Assembly (NCBI RefSeq): GCF_006345805.1
Contig: NC_042999.1
Location: forward strand, 152,272,001 to 152,336,000
Length of the DNA: 64,000 bases
Origin: Octopus sinensis
Lineage: Eukaryota
Direction: 5' to 3'
In this document: piece after piece, positions 15,555-29,480 of the stretch
Layout: each line of letters begins with the position of its first letter
Position numbering within the stretch: position 1 is the stretch's first letter
Made by a program: the position numbers and the translations under genes
The notes under the pieces: generated by a model
What the model saw: the letters and a program-made list of their open reading frames with translations, nothing else
Told to the model about the DNA's origin: nothing
The model's database searches: none

Positions 15555-15737
15555 TTTGCAAGTTAGCAACTCGGCAAAAGGAGACCGATAAAGTAAGTAC
15601 TACGCTGAAAAATAAATAAGTACGAGTGTCTATTCGTTCGACTAAGATTCTTCAAAGCGGTGCTCCAACATGGGCGCAATCTAATGACGGAAACAACAAA
15701 AAAAAGATTATTAAAAGATCGAGGAAATAAAATTCTG

Positions 15738-16472
15738 GGGATTGATGCAATCGATTGACCCCTTACCCCACAAACCGCTGGCATTGTATTGGGATTCATG
15801 CAATCGACTGACCCCTTGCCCCTTCCCCCAAACCACTGGCATTGTATTGGGATTGATCCAATCGACTGACCCCTTATCCCCTAAACCGCTGGCATTGTAT
15901 TGGGATTGATCCAATCGACAGAGCCCTTATCCCCCCCCCAAAACCGCTGGCATTGTATTGGGATTCATCCAATCGATTGACCCCTTACCCTCCATACCAT
16001 TGGCACTGTAATGGGATTAACCCAATCAACTGACCCCTTGCCCCCAAACCGCTGGCATTGTGTCGGGATTGATGCAATTGATTGGTCTCTTACCCCCAAA
16101 ACCGCTGCCATTGTAATGGGATTGATCTAACCAACTGATCTCTGACCCCCAAACCACTGGCATTGTATTGGGATTGATGCAATCGATTGGCCCCTTATCC
16201 CCCAAAATACTGGCATTGTGTTGGGCTTGATTCATTCGATTGACCCCTTACTCCTAAACCGCTGGCATTGTAATGTGATTGATCCATTCGACTGACACCT
16301 TACCCCCGAAACCGCTGGCAGTGTAATAGGATTGGTCCAATCGACTGACCCCTTAGCTCCAAACCACTGGCATTGTATTGGGATTGATCCAATCGACTAA
16401 CCCCTTATCCCCCAAACCCCCATTGGGATTGATTCATTCCATTGACCCCTTACTCCCAAAACCGCTGGCATT
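15738..16472. repeat. Minisatellite, about 14 copies of a 52-57-bp unit
   Basis: Consensus GGGATTGATCCAATCGACTGACCCCTTAYCCCCAAACCGCTGGCATTGTATT, counted by eye. Confidence 0.95.
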
Positions 16473-17117
16473 CGACGTAAATTACAAGCAACAATAATCA
16501 TTGCCATTCAATAGGTTGTAAATTATAAACTAAAAGATGAATAAAAAAAAGTACCAGTAAGCTACTGGTGTCGATGTAATCGATTACACTTACTCTCAAA
16601 ACTGCTTTCTTTATGCTTCAACAGAGAACCAGCAACTCTTACTGGTATTCATTATTTTATAAATACAAGAATAATTAAAAGATAATGCTAAACGGATGTG
16701 CGTTGAATATACATTGTACAGCAACAGGAAGTGAATTAATAGTATACCACTGCCAGCAGTATTTGTGTGTGTGTGTATACATAATAAACATATATATATA
16801 TATATAAATATATATATATGTGTATATTTATATATGTGTGTGTGTGTGTATATATGTATGTATGTATATGTGTATGTATGTATGTATGTATGTATGTATA
16901 TACGTATGTTTTGGAGAATTCGGCGCCAACTTGACTACTCTAATGTACCAAGAATAAATACCGTCTATGAAATAGTCAAACTTAATTTATTTTCGTAGAT
17001 AAACTATTTTTAAATTCTTGATATTTTTAATTGAAAAATAATACAGTTCGATAAAATATCGATATTTCTTTTTCATTTTGTTTGCGTTTTGTTTCGTCTT
17101 GTTTTTGTTGTTTTTTC

Positions 17118-17148
<31 letters not shown>

Positions 17149-17879
17149 CTCCTCGATGAACGCGATGTAAATTGCAAGTATCTCTAGCAGAAAATGTGGC
17201 TCACAAACAGTTTTGGATCTTGTTAAGAAAATAAAAATACACACAAAAATATCTACCAAAAAATATTAGATAAAAAAAAAAAAACTAATGTAAACATCCA
17301 AAAAGAACTGAAGCGAAATGCTTTAAAACTGCTTGTCAGCTATGTGCAACATTGATATTAAACTAGTCGAACTTCAATTAAAATGGAATTCGTCGTTACC
17401 AAAGGCGAATATCTGAGCTAAGAAATTGATAAGTATGAAAACGCTGACTTGCTCTTGACTTGTAGATGATAGGAAAGAAAATCTCGTTGAATGTTTAATC
17501 GAACAAGCAATTATTACTTATTATCGCCTACAGTTTACAGTGTGATGAGAAAGACTCAATAATGAAGAAAGAAATCAAAGCAAAGATATGTTAGGTGAGT
17601 ACATATATTATGCACACGCTAACATTTATACATATAACATACGTATATATAATATACATCTAATTATGCATTTATTTATGTGTAGGTATATGTACATATT
17701 TGTACATACATTACACGATATACATATGTATGTATGAATTTATTTATATATACACAAAAACATACACACACACACATGTATAGCATGTATAGCATGTATA
17801 TATATATATGTGTGTGTGTGGTGTGTGTGTGTGTAAATAGATATTCTAACAGATACATATGTAGATAGACAGACAGACG

Positions 17880-18345
<466 letters not shown>

Positions 18346-18731
18346 GAGTATGTAAGACACCGTATGTACAGCTCCTACACGAGCAAATTCTAACATGTTC
18401 TTAGTTTCGCGTAATGGCTGTACAGTTTCAAGTCGCAGCAGTAGACAATTCGCTTCTCACGCGTTCTTATGTCACATTAAAACAAAGGGGAGACTACCAC
18501 GTCTACCATTTATAAATATTCAAATATGAAAGAAAAAATAATTACAAGCGTGCCTGTGTGATTAACAAGCTTGCTTCGCAACCACGTACTCTGGTGCCAG
18601 TTCCACTGCATGGTACCTTTAAGCAGGTGTTTTTTTTTTAATATTGTCGAGGGCTGGCCAAAGCCTTGCGAATGGATTTGGTTGACGGAAACAAACAGAA
18701 AAAAGCCCTTCGTATATATATATATATATAT

Positions 18732-19703
18732 CCCTCAAAAATGTGGAATGCAGAGCCCAACTTCAACGCCTCCTCTTGGTCCTTAACTAGTTGCCCTTCT
18801 ATTCTAGCTTTATCTAGTCTTATCTGGTGGTTAAACCTACCAGAATCGAAACGAATGGTTTTCTTGAGGGCGAGCCACAACCGGTTATTAATCACAGTGC
18901 CGTTTAACACCCTCTGTACTAGTTCCTTAATCTGGCTACGGTATGCTCCGCAAGTCAAAACAGACTTGTTTAGCTTCCAGTAGTCGGATACTCTCTTAAC
19001 TGTACTATCTATGTCCAATCTACACTTAACCATTCTATGGTCAGTGTAAGGTACTTGGACAAGCTGTGGACAGCTAAAACTATCCTTATCTCTAATTCTT
19101 ATCACTATCCTTTCTAAGTAAAACTTGAGCCTTCTGTCGCCATTAATCCAGGTCCATTCTGGGACGTTCGGATGGTCAAGCCTGTAACGATCTGCTAGCT
19201 GAAAGCGCTTAAGCAGATCCACGATTCGTGAGTTTGCTTTCCTACTAATCGAGCCAATGCTATCGATGCGTGCACCAACGAAAGGGTTTAAGTCTCCTAA
19301 CACCACTAATGTCTTCAACGTCACGAGAAAGGTCTCTGGGCGCCGATAAAAATCAGTTTGTAATCCTCTAGCACAAGGTGCATAAATCCCGATCAACCTG
19401 AAGGCCTTACTGCTGTATGTTACATCAAGGACGACCTTCTGGGTCTACATTGACTGTATTTGTCTGAAGAGCCAAGCCTTTTCGGATCAGTACAATTACC
19501 CCCACCCCTCGACCTCCGGTTGACCAGGGCAAGGCTATAATCCTCCTGATGTTCTTCGGATGCCTCTCCTTCAGCTGCCTGTATAGAGTTTCCCCTATCC
19601 AAGCACACCTCACGTCCATACCCCTATGTTGAGGGTATATTTTGGTCCTATGATAGTTTTTAATTACTTCATACGTGTATTCGTCTTTTGTGTTGTATTC
19701 CAC
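18732..19703 (-). mobile_element. Tx1/L1-clade LINE ORF2, APE endonuclease domain (broken, 3'-truncated)
   Basis: GRGVGVIVLIRK, IGIYAP, VVLGDLN, WTW, YTDHRMV and YWKLNKSVL are L1/Tx1 endonuclease and post-endonuclease motifs. The frame ends at a (TA)n tract before any RT. Confidence 0.9.
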
Positions 19704-19849
19704 TAAAATTATGTCTTTTTTTTCCTTTTCCTGGGACGATGAGGCGGCGTCTTTTTTTATATTTGTAGCGAAATGCTGCTTTTTTTCTTGTGGGGGATAT
19801 AGGAGGGGAAGGTGTGTGTGTTCATTTCCGAACTATCTTGAACTCCCCC

Positions 19850-21218
19850 TCAGCCACCTCCATGGTGTTGTCTGGGGGAGTTTTGTTTTTCTACAAGAGG
19901 TTTCATGGGGGTGAGCGATTTTATTTTTGTAGGGGCTTGTGTGTGCAGGGGCTGAGTTTGTTCGTTACTTTGTTTGGGGACTGGCACCGCAACAGAGGGG
20001 GTGGAAGTGTTTGTCTCTTTGGGGGCTGTGTGTGGGCTTGAGGTTGTTTTTCTTTCAGAGGTAGGGCCTGGTGTCTGTACAAGTTTTTCATTTTGTCTCT
20101 TTTCTTCCTCTCTTTTTTCTTTCTTCGCAGCCAAGGCAAATGTGGCCCTTCTTTCCGCACTGATAATAGGTAGGTTTTTTCCTTCCACCTGTATTCGAAG
20201 GTCCACGAGCACCCGGTCTGGAAGCATTCGATCTGGAAGCATTTCTATATTTTCCGGTGCTCCCTGAATTATAGCTGAAACGCCCTGTCCCAGGCAGTTC
20301 TGGGGAGCAGAGCATGTTATCTGCAAAAATCTTATTTTTTCTGTCCTGTTAAACAACAAGGCAGCCATCACTTCACGTGGGTCAACATCTGGTGGCACTT
20401 CTGTCACCTTTACACGGAAAGTGCGCCTCCCCATGTAGGTTGGCAGAAGCACCACCTTCTTTGTTTTTAGGGGGCTCTCAGAGTACCCGTGGGCCATCTC
20501 TTCGGTTGCGAACCTGACTTCAATTGTCGCGATGTATGCAATGTCCTTCCATATAGGAGCCCGACATTTCTCTATTTTGTCGTTTTCAAAATGTTCAAAA
20601 TTTTTGTTCTCTGGACAATAAGATTTAAATATTACTGTTTTCATTTTTGTCTCTATAGCGTTGGAGGTGGGTGATATCTTAATATCACCATACTCCTCCT
20701 ACATTATTCCGAAATATTCTTCCAGGTTTTCAACTGAAATCTTTATGGTTTCAATTGCAACTGCGGCAACTGCCGAAATTTGTTTTGCAGTGCTGGCACC
20801 TCCGTCAACGTCAACACCACTCTCTTCGAGAGTGCCTCTTTCTTTAATAATTTCGACCGACATACTTGGTCGAAATTGATTCAATACGCACAAAGATACA
20901 CTGCCACTTAAAGTGGAAGCCTATAATAGATTTTCCTCTAATAGAGGATAATAGTTCTAATCCCACCCCTGCTAGGCGTGGGACACAAAAATTAAGTCTA
21001 AAACGACTTAAAAACAGTTCGAATTTTTACACAAAATTCAAAATGCAAGGCCACAAAGACCACAGAAATATATTAAACAGTTCCTGTTTCTCGGTATACA
21101 GGGCAATAGAGAAAAAAAAATACAGTTCAACACTGGCAGCAATTCAACTAATGCAACAATCCAACAATAGCAAAATGCTTACCAGCATAAAAAAAACACG
21201 AGCACGTCGTATGACAGG
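19850..21218 (-). mobile_element. Same Tx1/L1 element: 5' UTR and disrupted ORF1 with degenerate zinc knuckle
   Basis: ORF pieces 20699-20893 and 19850-20644 lie directly upstream of the endonuclease. A frameshifted PTYYQCGKKGHICLGC is a decayed CCHC knuckle. Confidence 0.8.
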
Positions 21219-21298
21219 AAGAAAGCTTCTTACCACACAGCCATATGTGTGTGTGTATGTGCGTATATATACATATATATATATATATATATCCATAC

Positions 21299-21687
21299 AG
21301 GCGCAGGAGTGCCTGTGTGGTAAGTAGCTTGCTTACCAGCCACACGGTTCCGGGTTCATTCCCACTGCGTGGCACCTTGGGCAAGTGTCTTCTACTATAG
21401 CTTCGTGCCGACCAAAACCTTGTGAATGGATTTGGTAGAGGGAAACTGAAAGAATCCCGTCATATATATGTATATACGTTTATATATGTGTGTGTGTGTT
21501 TATGTTTGTGTTTGTCCCCCAACGTCACTTGACAACCGATGGTGGTGTGTTTACGTCCCCGTAACTTAGCGATTCGGCAAAAGAAACCGATAGAACAAGT
21601 ACTAGGCTTACAAAGAATAAGTCCTGCGGTTGATTTGCTGGACTAAAGGCAGTGCTCCAGCAAGTATAAGAGTAAAGAGAGAAAAAG
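21299..21687 (+). mobile_element. SINE family 2, full length
   Basis: Head GGCGCAGGAGTGCCTGTGTGGTAAG (A box) and GGTTCATTCCC (B-box-like), internal microsatellite, conserved body. Confidence 0.9.
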
Positions 21688-21749
21688 CACATACATCTAT
21701 ATATATATATATATACACAAACACACATGCATATATATATATATAATAT

Positions 21750-21832
<83 letters not shown>

Positions 21833-22232
21833 CAGAATAAAGGAAATGGTAAATGTATATGTTTTACATAAACAAGAGTCTACATATATGTGTTTTTCTC
21901 TATGTATGTATACAAATTTACACATACATATATACATTTATACATGTTCACAGACGTGCATGTGTACACACATATACACAGATACAGATACATCTACGTG
22001 TGGAGATGTGTTGGTGTTATTATTATATATATACATGTATGCACATTCCTATATACAGGCTACATATATAAATTAGTATATACATTGTATGTATTTAGGT
22101 GTTTATACATATATACATACACGTGTGGATATACATATATACATATGTATGTATATGCATATATTTAAATATGTGTGTATATAAATATGGCATACATTCT
22201 GTATGAATACATGCATATATATGTTTCCATGA

Positions 22233-22275
<43 letters not shown>

Positions 22276-22446
22276 TGAGTGTGTGTGCGCGTGTGAGTAT
22301 GTACGTATTTGTGTATATCTTATATGTTCACACAAACACACATGTTATATGCACATATCAAAGCATTCGTAAATACGTATATACATATACAAGTATATGT
22401 AAATACATATATACGAATATATTTACATATACTTATATATATATAC

Positions 22447-22494
<48 letters not shown>

Positions 22495-22582
22495 TTGAAC
22501 ACACATATATGTATACATATTTATTTATATATATATATACATATATATACACACATATAGCTATAGATATATACATATACAT

Positions 22583-22625
<43 letters not shown>

Positions 22626-22974
22626 AACGTATGTATATGTAACTTGCATACATAATTCCATGCGGACAGACACACACACACACACACACATACCACACAT
22701 ACTTCCGTCCTCGCACGCTCACATGCCCACGTATACACTCAGGCCTTTCCAGTAAGTTAATTTTAATTCAGTCTGAGTCCATGTTTAATGAATACAGCTT
22801 TACCAATTCTACAGATAGCGCTTAGTTGCTGCAATCTATAAGCAAGTCACGGTGGTCACTGTTGCATCAGCGAAATTAATGCGCATATGCTTATGACATA
22901 TCGGATAGATTGCAAACAATGTGCACAAGTGCACTACAGAAAGAAAAACACATACGCGCATACGCCGCTGCCTC

Positions 22975-23118
22975 TACCACCACCACCATTCTTCTTCTTC
23001 TTCTTCTTCTTATTATTATTATTATTATTATTATGATTGTTGTTGTTGATATTATTATTATATTGTTGTTGTTGTTGTGTTGCTTATTATTATTATTTTT
23101 CTTCTTTTCTTCTTATTC

Positions 23119-23159
<41 letters not shown>

Positions 23160-23369
23160 TGTTGTTGTTGTTGTTTTTATTATTTTATTATTATTATTGT
23201 TATTATTATTATTTCATTATTATTATTATCATTATTATTATTATTATTATTATTATCATTATTATTATTATTATATATTATTATTATCATTACTATTATT
23301 ATTGCTACTACTACCACTATTACTACTACTACTATTACTATTATTATCATCATCGTCATTATTATCATA

Positions 23370-23461
<92 letters not shown>

Positions 23462-23560
23462 AACTACTATTATTATTATTATTACTACTACTATTATTAT
23501 TATCATTATTATTATTATCATTATTGTTGTTGTTGTTATTTTTATTATTGTGTCGACCAT
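22975..23560. repeat. (ATT)n-dominated compound trinucleotide microsatellite
   Basis: Direct reading; source of the poly-I/Y/L ORFs. Confidence 0.95.
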
Positions 23561-23885
23561 CTCGTCACAATTCTTAATGTAATAAGATTGTTGTTGCGGT
23601 ATTGTTGTTGCTGTTCTTCATCTTGATGCTGCATTCGTTGTATTTGTAATAGCTGTAGCTGATATTGTTGTGATTGTTGTTGTGGTTGTTGTTGTTGTCG
23701 TTGCCGTTTTGTTGTCGTCTCCCACTGGTGCATTTTTCGAGGGTTACTTGAAACCATTACAGAAAGTTGAATTTTTGCTTAAATGAACATTACATTCTTA
23801 TACGTACGTGTTTGGAAGCAGACAATGGAATATAATGTAACAGATAGATAGATACATAGAGAGAGAGACAGACAGATAGTTAAAT

Positions 23886-23990
<105 letters not shown>

Positions 23991-24024
23991 CAGACGACAG
24001 CCAGCCAGATACATATATATATAT

Positions 24025-24122
<98 letters not shown>

Positions 24123-24224
24123 CAAAGGGAGAGAGAGAGAAAGAGAGAGATAACTTTATTAGCGACACAGGGCTGAACACAGAGGGGACAAATAAAAGAA
24201 AAGGTGGGGAAAAGAGATAAAAAG

Positions 24225-24282
<58 letters not shown>

Positions 24283-24285
<3 letters not shown>

Positions 24286-25781
24286 AATCCTATCTGAATC
24301 TCAATGTGGTTTCCGATCTGGTAGAGGGACAATGGATATGATTTTCGCAGCAAGACAGATGCAGGAGAAGTACTATGAGAAGAATATGGATCTTGTCCAG
24401 GTATTCATTGATTTAACGAAGGTCTTTGATACAGTATATATGGCCTTTCTATGGAAATTACTTGACAAATTCGAATGTCCAGTTCACTTCGTATCTATAA
24501 TAAATCATTTCATGGAGACTTGGGTCAATGTTAGTGGTGGCATGGCGGGACCTATTCCTTTAAAGAATGGTGTCAAGCAGGGTGACATCTTTGCTCCAAC
24601 TCTCTTTTCTTTGTACTTTGCTACTGCTTTTACTCATGCTTTTGCTAAGTTTAGCTCTCTGAGAATATATGTCAGATATCGATCTCCTGACTACCTCTTT
24701 AATCTGCGCCTATTTGCTGCCAATTCAAAAGTTCTTCAGTCTATAATTCGTAACTTCCTTTATGCATATGACTGTGACTTAGTCACTCATACAGCGGATG
24801 ACATGCAAATACCCATGAATTGTATTTCTGCTTCTTGCAAGGCATTTGGACTCAGCATTAGCCTGGACAAGACTGTTGTAATGTTACAGCCTACACCAGG
24901 AAATCCATATGTGGAACCAGCTATCTTGGTTGAAGGAACAATTCTGAAGGCAGTAGACAAGTTTGTCTACCTGTGCAGCAGGCTCAATCGTTCTTACTCC
25001 CTGGATCATTAAATATCTTTCAGGGTGCAGAAAGCAACTAATTCCTTCTGGTCTCTTCAGCCCCGTTTGGTCCCAGCATGGCATCACAAGGCAAACAAAA
25101 ATTGGTGTGTACCGTGCATGTGTACTGACATCGTTCCTCTACTCATGTGAGACATGTACACTTTACAAACGTCCTGTAAAGGTCTTGAACGCTTTCATCA
25201 GAGATGTCTCAGAAACATTCTCAATGTTAGCTGGGCCTTAAAATTTCCAGACACACAGGTCCTGAGGACAGCTGATATCTTGAATATTGAGGCGATGGTG
25301 CACAAGCACTGTTTACGTTGGACTGGGCACTTTATTAGAATGAAGGATAGCAGGATTCCTAAGCAGATGCTATATGGAGAACTTGTAAATAGAAAGAGAC
25401 CCTGGCAGAAACCAAGGCTGCGATTTAAGGACTGTGTCAAGTCTTCATTAAAGGCCTGTGATATGCAGAGGACTAACTGGGAGAACAATACTTGTCATCG
25501 CAACAGATGGAGAAAGCAGGCTAAGGAGTGGGGTCGACACTTTTGAGAGAGCACGTATTCAGCATGAAGAAATTAAGCCTGCTGTGCGAAAGCGCACGAC
25601 TGGTGTAGTGAATGGGGAAAGCTTGGTTTGCAATGTTTGCAGTAGTGTATGCTTGTCAAGAGCAGGGCTCATTAGCCACCATCAGATCCACAAATGCAAA
25701 ATATAAGTTAGTCCTTGTGTTCACAATGTTCCTGGAGGTCCGCAATGATATTTCTCGGTCACGAGTGGACGGCCATCATCA
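24283..25781 (+). mobile_element. 5'-truncated RTE-clade LINE (RT plus C-terminal C2H2 finger), frameshifted
   Basis: Reads [57 protein letters not shown] (decayed YADD), RWTGHFIRM...PKQMLYGEL and CNVCSSVCLSRAGLISHHQIH. Ends in a short CATCAT tail. Confidence 0.92.
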
Positions 25782-25839
25782 TGTATGTACCGGAAAATAT
25801 ATCACCTTAAACTCACATTAATATATATTTATACATTTA

Positions 25840-25904
<65 letters not shown>

Positions 25905-26047
25905 AGAAATAGATAGATAAGAGTTAAGTATTGCACAAGACGACAAAGTAATACACGGTAAAATCACGCGAAACATGGAGTGCACTCACACTCATCCCTT
26001 ATCAGTTATCGGACAGAAATCATCACAATTTCACGCCATCACACAGC

Positions 26048-26106
<59 letters not shown>

Positions 26107-27115
26107 TAACCGAGAGAGAAAGTGTGGGAGAGATTATCAATACGATATTTTCGTGGTGAATATTATCTATCTCGAATTCAAATAACACTTTCACGTCTTA
26201 CAGTTTAGATAATATCTTCTAAGATGCACTGTGCCTTAAAATAAAGGGATTGCTGGTTATTGTAGGAAAGTTTTTGATTATATGTTAGCTGAACCAGTTA
26301 TCACCTGTGGTTAAATAACATCAACGTTTAATATATGTTTACCTGCAAATTACAGGAGTAAAGTAAATGTTAATAGCCAGTAAAATCATGGCAGTAAAGT
26401 ATTACAGACTGTATAAATGTAAAATGTCTTCGACAAAAACATCTATCAAACGATTATTCCATACAAAACGCTATAAACCAAATACTGCATAAAGTATATA
26501 ACAAAACCAAATGCTTTTTGTCTACTGAGTAGACTTAATAGTGTTTGGACAAACATGAAACGGAACTTTTTGTTCGTCATGTGCAGCAAAAACTTTATTA
26601 GTTTAAAACAGCAATCTGGGTATCGTACTTAATGCAGATGCAACATGGAAAGCCAAATTAACTGCGGTATTGGTTCAGATATAGTAAATCTTACGGACGT
26701 ACTGTGTTAAATAACGCAAGAATATATCAGTAGCAGATGAAACTCGTCCAGCAGTGGTAGACATGCGCATATCTGTCTTTTAGGGGCTTTATCAGTAGCA
26801 GTTTCCTACTGGCAAGCACATTCTAAAAAAAAACCTGTCGTCTCTGATATAGAAAAACAAGGACTTGTTATGTACATTATTTAACATGAGAATTAAATAT
26901 TACAGTCAATCAAAAACAAAGCTTTTAGGTAGTTACTCAAACTACAAAGAAATGGCAGTCAAATCTTGAAAACACGCACCTCTAGCTAAAATAGAAATGA
27001 CGCGTTAAACAATAAAGTTATGTGTGTATGAAACAGCAGAAAGGCCACATCTAGAACGGCTTTGGTTAAAGTTTTGCTCGATTGCGTTTAACGTTGAAAC
27101 TAAAGAAATATCATT

Positions 27116-27545
27116 ATATACTCTTTTACTCTTTTACTTGTTTCAGTCATTTGACTGCGGCCATGCTGGAGCACCGCCTTTAGTCGAGCAAATCGACCCC
27201 GGGACTTATTCTTTGTAAGCCTAGCATTTAGTCTATCGGTCTCTTTTGCCGAACCGCTAGGTGACGGGGACGTAAACACACCAGCATCGGCTGTCAAGCA
27301 ATGCTAGGGGGACAAACACAGACACACAAACACACATACATATATATATATATACATATATACGACAGGCTTCTTTCAGTTTCCGTCTACCAAATCCACT
27401 CACAAGGCATTGGTCGGCCCGGGGCTATAGCAGAAGACACTTGCCCAAGATGCCACGCAGTGGGACTGAAACCGGAACCATGTGGTTGGTTAGCAAGATA
27501 CTTACTACACAGCCACTCCTGCGCCTATGCCACTCCTGCGCCTAT
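27116..27545 (-). mobile_element. SINE family 2 with locally duplicated 5' end
   Basis: Full body; GCCACTCCTGCGCCTAT occurs twice in tandem at the head. Confidence 0.9.
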
Positions 27546-28255
27546 ATAGTATCGTAATAACAAATAGTTTACAGATATTGAGAGCTACATAGGTTGTTTT
27601 TATCTGTTGAGTCTGTAAGAAGGAGAATTACTCGTGGCTCTCGCTGATCCCCTCTATACCGCTGGGATTCATATTTTATTAATATTGCTTTTTATCCTTG
27701 TAGAGCAACATTTACGAGTAAGATATGAGCAAGAAGGAAATCCCAGAGGACCTGCGTTCTAAGAAAAAAAAAAGGACTATATTTGGTGATGATATTCGGG
27801 TCTCGAATGTCTTGAATGGGAGAAGTTAGCAAGAGCCCAGACAGAGCAGAAGTCATTACAGTAGTGGTAATAAAAGGCAGAGACTGGGAAAAGAACTCCA
27901 GTTAGCCGACAGGGAATAGAACCTATCAATTAGTCGAATGATCTGGGTACCATTTAGGACTTGAGATTACTCAAAAATAAATTATGCAAGTAAATAAAGA
28001 AATTTCATTGAGTTTATGACAATTGCAAACATCAGAACTATAGCTAACTTTTGTGAAACATGCAGCAAAACTATTATTAAACAGTCTTTAAGGATATTTC
28101 ATAGAAGGATAACTAATATTCACCGATCACTCATAACACCAAATTAGACGGAATATTGTGAGCTGTTTGAATTGCGTGAAATAGAAGCCAAGTCTTCTTC
28201 AGATCTATCCCTTTCGTCTTAAAAAGGAATGACATGCTGGATTCTATAGTTTTAG

Positions 28256-28336
28256 ATATAATATGCTCGGAAAAAATGGCTGACAGCGTCGAGAAAGAGA
28301 CCGCGTCGAGAAAGACATTTATCAGAGATCTTCTCT
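28256..28336 (+). CDS. Candidate 81-nt exon of an unidentified host gene
   Basis: Acceptor-like TTCTATAGTTTTAG| and donor |GTAAGT. Length is divisible by 3 and only one frame is open (DIICSEKMADSVEKETASRKTFIRDLL). No homology recognised. Confidence 0.25.
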
Positions 28337-29187
28337 GTAAGTGGTGCACTGAGTGAAACAACAACAGATATACAGAAGAGATAATCTATTTAAACAGATT
28401 GTCACGGCAAGAGGTTATTGAAATAGTCTTCTACAGATAGGAAACGTGTGTGTGTGTGTGTGTGTGTGTGTCTGTGTCTGTGTCTGTGTGTGTGCTGATC
28501 CTTACACAATAGCAGTATCATTAGTGTCTCTATCAACTTAAACAACATAACATCTTAGAAAATTGTAGCCATTCAGATATTCACTAAACGAGCAATAGTA
28601 TTTAGCTCTCAGCTAGTATCTAATATCTCTTCTATCACTTATTATTGATCTTCAGTCATGCTGGGGCACCACCGTAAAGCCTCTTCGTCCAACAAACCCA
28701 CCATAGTACTTGCATATTTTTTGTTTCGGCTTAATCTGTCGTCCTGCTTTGTCGAACTACTGAGACACGGGCTCCAATACCGGTTGTCAAGCAATGAAGA
28801 TGGACTAACACACACACAAACACTAGTGTTTTTAAACTTTTTACCATAAGAAAGAATATTTTCCCCACGGTAACTGCAGTGAATTTGCCTTTAGAATATG
28901 TCGCAAATATATTTTAATTAACTTAAAGTTAGTTTAAGTCTGAACACCGCTCGGTGCAGGTACTGCTGAATTTTCCCCGACATGGGGGTCCTATGGGGCC
29001 TAAATGGTTATCTCCCTTGTAATAGTTTAGAACGATAGGGTAACCACGGGAATAGATAGATATGTATGTATGAAGGTAGGTAGGTAGATAGGTAGGTAGG
29101 TAGGTAGTGCTCCAGCATGACCGCAGCCACATGGCTGAAGCGAATGAAAGAAATAAAGGAAATATATATGTGTGTATATATATATAT

Positions 29188-29297
29188 ATCACCGTGACCG
29201 ACAAGGCTATCAGATGTTGCTACACATCGCTGGTCACAATGCGCTCCGCATTGTTTTAGCCTTCAAATGACGCCACCCCACTGGCTAAGCGAGCAGG
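29188..29297 (-). mobile_element. SINE family 3, 3' fragment (RTE-like tail)
   Basis: Homologous to 63303-63410; tail similar to the 3' end of the RTE at 34293-34351. Confidence 0.75.
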
Positions 29298-29298
29298 C

Positions 29299-29360
<62 letters not shown>

Positions 29361-29435
29361 GTATGTGTGTGTATGTATATGTATATATACATACATACTA
29401 CATATATATATATATATATATATATACATAATTAT

Positions 29436-29480
<45 letters not shown>

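Noticed and set aside
15738-16472. CRISPR-like regular repeat
   Set aside because: The units are contiguous with no unique spacers, there are no cas genes, and the context is eukaryotic.
23545-23757. Glutamine-rich minus-strand ORF
   Set aside because: It is the degenerate edge of the trinucleotide microsatellite.
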